The translations under genes were made by a program, and so were the position numbers. A stretch of 64,000 bases of DNA, from contig JAPLYZ010000006.1 of NCBI GenBank assembly GCA_026395295.1, positions 21,836-85,835 of the forward strand, in the 5' to 3' direction. The first letter of the stretch is position 1; each line of letters starts with the position of its first letter. Positions 60,188-64,000 of this stretch are shown here, piece by piece. This DNA is from Candidatus Staskawiczbacteria bacterium (GTDB lineage Bacteria > Patescibacteriota > Minisyncoccia > Minisyncoccales > Staskawiczbacteraceae). Below the pieces are notes generated by a model. That model did no database searches. It worked only from the letters and a program-made list of their open reading frames with translations, and had not been told where the DNA came from.

Positions 60188-63100
60188 TTAAGATTTATCC
60201 AGCCTGTTACAGCACTGCTATAAGTGTTGTCGTAAACAGAGTCGCTTCCGCCCCAACCCCATTTGCTAAGTTCGGCAGGTGATGTGCTTGGACCAATGAG
60301 GGTATTTTGTAGTTTTATCCAGCCACCCCATGCCCCTCTGTTGGAATTTAATAACGTTCCGCTACAAGCAGTTTGGTCGCTGAAGACAGAACAAGCTCTT
60401 GCCCAGCCGGTGACAGTGTAATCTCCTGCGCCATCGCAGGCTTGTCCTGCGTCAGGCAGGTCAACACAAGCTGGATAGTTTGGAACGTCCGGATAAGGAC
60501 TGACAGGAGAAAATCTTATCCAGCCAATGTTCTCTGACCAGCCATAACCGGAAAGATAGCCGTTTGGTTCAATGTTAACTCCATAGCTAACTGCTCCTCC
60601 ACCACCAGTGACACCGCCGTAAGAAGTGTTGTTAAGACTTATCCAACCAATGTTTTCTGACCACGCCCAGCCATAAACATTGTGCGATGTTCCGCCAGTG
60701 CTGTTGTTCCAGGATAGATTAAAACTGCTGGTTTTTGAATTTCCGGCGTTGTCAGTGACAGTCAGGCTTATAGAATAATTACCTTGTGCGTTCGCCGAAA
60801 TTAATGTGTCTTCCGTGTTTGGAGAGCTGAAAGTAATTGCGCCTGGTCCCGAAACCTTTGCCCAAGTATACGAAGCAATTCCGCTTTCTGCATCGCTTGT
60901 TGTAGCGTCCTCAAAGAATTGATCCATTTCGGTTCTGTCAGCCCCAACAATCACCGTTGGAGCCACGGTGTCTATTCTGATCATTCCCGAGCTGGCTGTT
61001 TCGCTATTGCCGGCATTATTTGTTGAAAAAAATCTGATGTATGAAGTGTTAAGCGTTGAAATAGCAACAGGTGTTGAGTAGGTTGTTGCTGGAGCGCACG
61101 TGTTGTTTGTGTCATTGCAGTATTTTGTTGTTGCGCAACCCGAGAGTAAATCACTGCAAGCCAGAGTAATTAGGATGTTGGTTTGATTGGTCCAGTTCCC
61201 GAAGGTATAAGCAGTTCCTCCTGCCGTGGCTGTGGCAGAAGTGGATGGACCAGAGGTTTGCCTGTTAATTGTTTTTGAATTAGTTGTCTCGTTATTTCCA
61301 GCGCTGTCTGTTGAATAGAATCTGAAGTATGAAGTTCCAAGCGTTGTAACGGTTACTGGTCCTGCATAAGGAGTTGCTGGCGTACAGCTGGAACCACTGG
61401 TGCAGTAATATGTGTTGGCGCAATTTGAGCCCGAATCATCGCTGCAAGTTAAAGTAACTACAACGCTAGATTGATTGGTCCAATTTCCGAAAGTGTAGCT
61501 GGTTCCTCCTGCCGTGGCTGTGGCAGAAGTGGAGGGAGGGGTTACGTCATAGAAAAAACTTGATGAGGCTCCAGCCCAACTAGTGCCGGAAGTATTGGTT
61601 GCTTTTGCCGAAAAATAATATCTGGTGCCAGAAATCAGGCCAGTAATGTTTTTAGAAAAAGTAGCAGCTGTTTGGGGTTGGCTTGGGCTGGTTGGAATGG
61701 AAGAATAGTCCCAATTTGCAGGAGTTTGTCCTCCATCAGTTGTTCCCCAATAGAAAGTGACAGTTGGGTTGGCCGCGCCGACTGAAGTAATACTTCCGTT
61801 CAGTGTAGCGTTGCCTGATGATATGTTAGTCGCCGGGCTTAATGTAATAGTGGGAGGCAAGGTATATTTTTTTACAATGTATTGCAAAGCAAATCCTGTA
61901 AAGTCTCCGAAAGTATAAGGCTCGGTTCCAACACTATGGGTCGGTCCTACTTTAGTTCCAGACGAATCAAGTTTTGTAACATTAGAACTGCCAAAATCAC
62001 CAGTCCAAACATTTCCCGAGGCATCAATAGCGGCTCCATAAAGAGTATATCCGACATAATACGGCGTTCCTATAGCAACTCCATTGGAGTCAATCTTTCT
62101 TATAGTGCCGTCATAATAACTGGCAATCCAAACATTTCCCGAGGCATCAACGGCAAGTCCCTGTGTATAATCTCCAGCATATGATGCCAATAGTCTAGTT
62201 CCATTGGAATCGCTAGGACTGAACTTTGCAATATTATAAGGACCATAAAAATAATTGGCAACCCATATATATCCCGACTTATCAACGGCAATTCCGTATG
62301 GATGACCTCCGGCGCTACCGGCGGGAGTTGTAAATACCTTGGTCCTATTGGGATTTAGTTTTGTTATATTATCACTGCCAGAATTAGCAACCCATATATA
62401 TCCGGATCCATCTACAGCAATTCCGTAAGGGCCGGTTCCAACAACACCGGCGGTGGTTGTTCCTAAAATAGTTCTACTGGTAGGGTTAATCTCTGTAACG
62501 GTGTTACTAGCGGAATTGGTAACCCATACATATCCATTGTTATCTATAGCAATTCCCTGAGGCTGGGTTCCAACAGCATATGGTGATCCTGTGACGGGTG
62601 TTCCATTGGAGTCAAGTTCTGTGACGGTGTTATCGCCCCAATTGGCAACCCAAACATTTCCGGAGTCATCAACTGCAACTCCAACGGGATTTAATCCGAC
62701 GGGATATGTTCCCAACGTATTTCCCATGGAATCAAGTTTTGTGACAGTGTTATCATTGTAATTAGCTATCCAAATATAAGGAGTCAAAACAGAGGTGGTG
62801 TGAATCACCAATGCTTTGTTGTAGCCCAAAGAGCCGGTGGTTCCTGGAACCGGCAATGTTAGCGTGGCAGAGTTTCCCGCAGCGTCTTTTATTGTTCCCG
62901 CAAGCGCGGTTGTGGAAGCGTAGTCCAAATCAGAAGAAGTGTTGTTGGCGCCAACAGTGTAATTGAATGTGAGATTAGCAGAGTTTGAGCCGGATGCGTA
63001 ATTTACCGCGGTGGTTACAGGATTTCCTGTTGATAAGGTGAGTTGAGGGGTTCCGGTGACAAGAACAGTTTCGCTGAAGGTTGCTTGTATAGAAATCACG

Positions 63101-64000
63101 CCCCCAGCCTTATACCAGCCGTTAGCAGTAGAGGAAGTAACGTTGGTAATTGTTGGTGCAGTGGTGTCAATGGTTATTGTAAGCGCCGAAGAAGCGGGCG
63201 AAGTAGAACTGGATAAAGTTTGTGTTGCAGTTATGGAGTAAACTCCGGAAGAAAGCGCGGAGGAGGTAATTGTAACAGTGCTTGACGTGCAAGTTCCGGT
63301 GCCCACAGAACTTGCGTTGGCATACAAAGTGACGGTGTCTCCTGTCGCGCAGGAAATAGTAAAAGCGGGGGTAGGATTGGAAGTCATATTATCGGTACTG
63401 GAAGAACCAGTATCGCTGGCGGTAGTGAGATCCGGGATTCCCGGAGCAACTGGCATGCTCTTAGGGTGTGCGCTGGGGGCTTGGCCTACGAAATTTTGCA
63501 AGGCAAATCCGGTGAAGTCTCCCAAGGAATTAGGAGTAGCTCCGACGCTAAAAGTTCCTATTGAATTTCCAGATGAGTCAAGTTCTGTGACATCATTGCT
63601 AAAATCATTAACCACCCACACGTTTCCGGAACCATCAATTGCAATTCCTATGGGGTGATCTCCAACAGGATATGTCCCCAGAATATTTCCCGAGGAATCA
63701 AATTCCGTAACACTACTGCTTAAATCATTGGCAGTCCACACATTTCCGGAACCATCAACTGCAATGCCGTAAAGCCCGGAACCGCCTGCAGGATATGTTC
63801 CCAGAACGTTTCCCGAGTTATCAAGTTCTGTAACGTCGTCGCTGCCATAATTAGCCACCCATATATTATTTAAAGCATCAACCGCTATTCCAATTGGCCA
63901 AGTTCCAACAGAGTATGTTCCTAAAATGTTTCCTAAATGGTCAAGCTTAGTAACATCACTGCTTCGGTCGTTAGCAATCCAAACATTTCCAGTGTTGTCT
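60124..64000 (-). CDS. Giant secreted surface protein (5' end beyond the window): NHL/beta-propeller repeats, Ig-like domains, GWxWSENIGWI repeats
   Basis: Many repeats of the form GNVWVAN...D.TVTELDS.G....TY.VG..P.GIAVD. The reading frame stays open to position 64000 and the same repeat continues (…NIWVANYGSDDVTELD). Confidence 0.8.
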   Translation of the reverse strand, partial: DNTGNVWIANDRSSDVTKLDHLGNILGTYSVGTWPIGIAVDALNNIWVANYGSDDVTELDNSGNVLGTYPAGGSGLYGIAVDGSGNVWTANDLSSSVTEFDSSGNILGTYPVGDHPIGIAIDGSGNVWVVNDFSNDVTELDSSGNSIGTFSVGATPNSLGDFTGFALQNFVGQAPSAHPKSMPVAPGIPDLTTASDTGSSSTDNMTSNPTPAFTISCATGDTVTLYANASSVGTGTCTSSTVTITSSALSSGVYSITATQTLSSSTSPASSALTITIDTTAPTITNVTSSTANGWYKAGGVISIQATFSETVLVTGTPQLTLSTGNPVTTAVNYASGSNSANLTFNYTVGANNTSSDLDYASTTALAGTIKDAAGNSATLTLPVPGTTGSLGYNKALVIHTTSVLTPYIWIANYNDNTVTKLDSMGNTLGTYPVGLNPVGVAVDDSGNVWVANWGDNTVTELDSNGTPVTGSPYAVGTQPQGIAIDNNGYVWVTNSASNTVTEINPTSRTILGTTTAGVVGTGPYGIAVDGSGYIWVANSGSDNITKLNPNRTKVFTTPAGSAGGHPYGIAVDKSGYIWVANYFYGPYNIAKFSPSDSNGTRLLASYAGDYTQGLAVDASGNVWIASYYDGTIRKIDSNGVAIGTPYYVGYTLYGAAIDASGNVWTGDFGSSNVTKLDSSGTKVGPTHSVGTEPYTFGDFTGFALQYIVKKYTLPPTITLSPATNISSGNATLNGSITSVGAANPTVTFYWGTTDGGQTPANWDYSSIPTSPSQPQTAATFSKNITGLISGTRYYFSAKATNTSGTSWAGASSSFFYDVTPPSTSATATAGGTSYTFGNWTNQSSVVVTLTCSDDSGSNCANTYYCTSGSSCTPATPYAGPVTVTTLGTSYFRFYSTDSAGNNETTNSKTINRQTSGPSTSATATAGGTAYTFGNWTNQTNILITLACSDLLSGCATTKYCNDTNNTCAPATTYSTPVAISTLNTSYIRFFSTNNAGNSETASSGMIRIDTVAPTVIVGADRTEMDQFFEDATTSDAESGIASYTWAKVSGPGAITFSSPNTEDTLISANAQGNYSISLTVTDNAGNSKTSSFNLSWNNSTGGTSHNVYGWAWSENIGWISLNNTSYGGVTGGGGAVSYGVNIEPNGYLSGYGWSENIGWIRFSPVSPYPDVPNYPACVDLPDAGQACDGAGDYTVTGWARACSVFSDQTACSGTLLNSNRGAWGGWIKLQNTLIGPSTSPAELSKWGWGGSDSVYDNTYSSAVTGWINLNCAILAQDLICKCHKVVRSLL

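Noticed and set aside
1-64000. An alternative genetic code (UGA recoding, as in some CPR lineages).
   Set aside because: Conserved genes are intact under the standard code, and at least one well-defined gene ends on TGA at the expected position (the malic enzyme at 24227-24229).

Overview
AT-rich, gene-dense bacterial window; GC looks roughly mid-30s % by eye (not computed). I infer a Candidate Phyla Radiation / Patescibacteria (Parcubacteria-like) genome from several traits: many promoters whose -10 box sits 5-7 nt from the ATG, secE-nusG-rplK with no rplA, a monomeric-type PheRS, a sortase, and very large S/T-rich surface proteins with peptidoglycan-binding domains. The standard genetic code fits, since TGA is used as a stop. 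I saw no rRNA, tRNA or CRISPR array. Contents in order: (1) a defence-like island at 1-3147, with a DPPY methyltransferase divergent from a nuclease-fold protein, four tandem mini-HTH paralogs and a TIGR02391/HEPN-like protein; (2) an ArsR-controlled thiol-redox/permease operon; (3) housekeeping genes: DEAD-box helicase, flavoprotein, lexA, ABC-F, PAP2, SPFH, malic enzyme, EamA, SWIB, PheRS, gyrB, histidine kinase, secE-nusG-rplK, gatB, miaA, miaB, thrS, dnaE, rnhB; (4) a lexA-linked restriction-modification-like block at 11946-15560; (5) a dTMP/nucleotide-metabolism cluster at 39777-45145; (6) several large secreted repeat proteins, including a giant NHL/beta-propeller protein that runs off the right edge. 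The most unusual signals are these. (a) Nine visibly GC-rich gene cassettes (eight with one ORF, one with two) are scattered between core genes; eight have a near-consensus promoter, all nine have an intrinsic terminator, and all are on the + strand. (b) Two paralogous small wHTH + PaaX/Cas2-fold genes are each bracketed by their own perfect palindromes and lie next to GC-rich cassettes. (c) About 60-bp direct repeats containing a 20-bp palindrome, plus a copy of the folA 3' end, bracket an HD-hydrolase / excisionase-like HTH module. (d) An ECF sigma factor is split exactly at a G GGG GGA slippery run. (e) The co-transcribed sortase carries an internal LPNTG motif. All functional calls rest on motif recognition by eye; no database search was run.
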